Position numbers and translations under genes: made by a program. Source: Octopus bimaculoides (taxonomy: Eukaryota). From it: a DNA stretch of 64,000 bases. Shown piece after piece: positions 62,599 to 64,000 of the stretch. Below the pieces are notes generated by a model, which saw nothing but the letters and a program-made list of their open reading frames with translations, was not told the DNA's origin and made no database searches. The stretch spans positions 3,492,369 through 3,556,368 of the forward strand of contig NC_069007.1 in the NCBI RefSeq assembly GCF_001194135.2. Direction: 5' to 3'. Within the stretch, counting starts at the first letter, position 1. Each line of letters begins with the position of its first letter.

Positions 62599-64000
62599 CA
62601 TACACACACACACACACATATAAATATATAAACAAAATCTTCTTCATTTGTGTTGCATAAATTTTCTGCAATGAAGCTGTGAAGAAGTGTTGTCCTATAT
62701 TCTGAGCATGTGTGCCAATAGTCACTGGTTGAAATCCAACACCATTCAGTGAGATATGTCTTCTTGTTTTTTTTTTTCACTAAATCCCTTTCGATAGGAA
62801 GACAAAAATCTAAACCACTGATGTTGTTTATTATTATTGTTATTACGGATATAATTATATAAGTACCAGTCAAGTACTGAGGGTTGATAGAATTGGCTAA
62901 GTTCTACCCCCTAAAATTACTGACCTTATCCCATGCCTTTCATTCTTACGGGGTCGATTAAGTACCAGTTATGCACTGGGATCAATACAATCGACTTAAT
63001 CCCCTCCCCCAAGCTACCCTTCTGTCAAAAATTTGAAATCATCATTATCAGTAGTAGTAGTAGTATTAAAGTGGTTAGCTGGCAGAATCTTTAGCATGCC
63101 GGGCAAAATGCTTTGCAGCATTTCGTCTGTCTTTATGTCCTGGGTTCAAATTCTGCAGAGGTAGCCTTTCATCCTGTTGGGGTTGATAAATTAAGTACCA
63201 GTGAAACAATGGGGGTCGGTGTAATCGACTTTCTCCCCTGCCCCAAATTTCAGGCCTTGTCCCTTCAGTAGAAAGGATTATTATTATTGCTAGTGTTATT
63301 GGAAGGTGGTGAGGTGGTGGAATCGTTAGTGCTTTGGACAAAATGCTTTGTGGCGTTTTGCCTGTCTTCGTGTTCTGAGTTCAAATTCCACTGAGGTTGA
63401 CTTTGCATTTCATACTCTCAGGGTCATTAAAACAGGTACCAGTTGAACACTGGAGTCGATGTAATTGACCCACCTCCTAGTCCGAACATGTCGGTCTTCG
63501 GCCAAAATTTGAAATCATTAAAATAATTATCGTTAGTGAAGGATGACAAACGGGCAGAATTGTTTAGTGTAGTGGACAACAGGCTAAGCACCATTTCTTC
63601 AAGTTCTTTCCATTCTGACTTCTAATCCCTCCAAGGTCAACTTTGCTTTCACTCCTTTGGTGAGGTGATGAAATAAGTACCAGTTACACATTGGGGGTCG
63701 ATATAATCAACTTAGTCCCCTCTCCCAAAATTTCAGGCCTTGTACCTATTAGTAGAAAGGATTATTATCAAAGTGAAGAGCTGGCGTAATCTTAAATGCA
63801 ACAGAAAATTCTTTTGTGTATTTCTTCCAAATTATTATTATTATTATTTTTCCACCACAAATTCTTTTATCTGTTCAATGCTTAAGCTCTAGTACTGCTT
63901 CTGTGTGGCCGTTAATTTTTGCTAGAAATTGCAACCAACTTTCCCTCAAATCAAACCAAACTGTCTCTCTCTCTCACAAACACTCAGGTAACTATCAGAC

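Overview
Eukaryotic, AT-rich, microsatellite- and SINE-dense genomic DNA with N gaps. The repeat landscape suggests an octopod cephalopod (inference, not verified). Most ORFs in the supplied track are microsatellite or SINE translations. Main gene: a plus-strand exportin-4 (XPO4) orthologue, 1984..37328. I could place 24 coding exons with consistent phases; about 58 aa are missing and probably lie in the 26567..27409 gap. It has two GT-AG U12-type (minor spliceosome) introns and one probable GC-AG intron. A second, unrecognised plus-strand gene is suggested by two phase-compatible exons at 58767..59227 and 61038..61301. Mobile-element remnants include Tigger/pogo transposase, CR1/Jockey-like, RTE, CRE-like and R4/Dong-like LINE pieces, Tc1/mariner MITEs and several tRNA-headed SINE families. 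The most unusual signal is a set of minimal type-I hammerhead-ribozyme-like motifs with palindromic stem III, the form associated with Penelope-like elements (1003..1039, 17530..17569, 34853..34898, 62249..62336). One sits in an arm of a long foldback element, and two other foldback families carry fainter versions. Every copy deviates from the canonical core or stems, so activity is untested.
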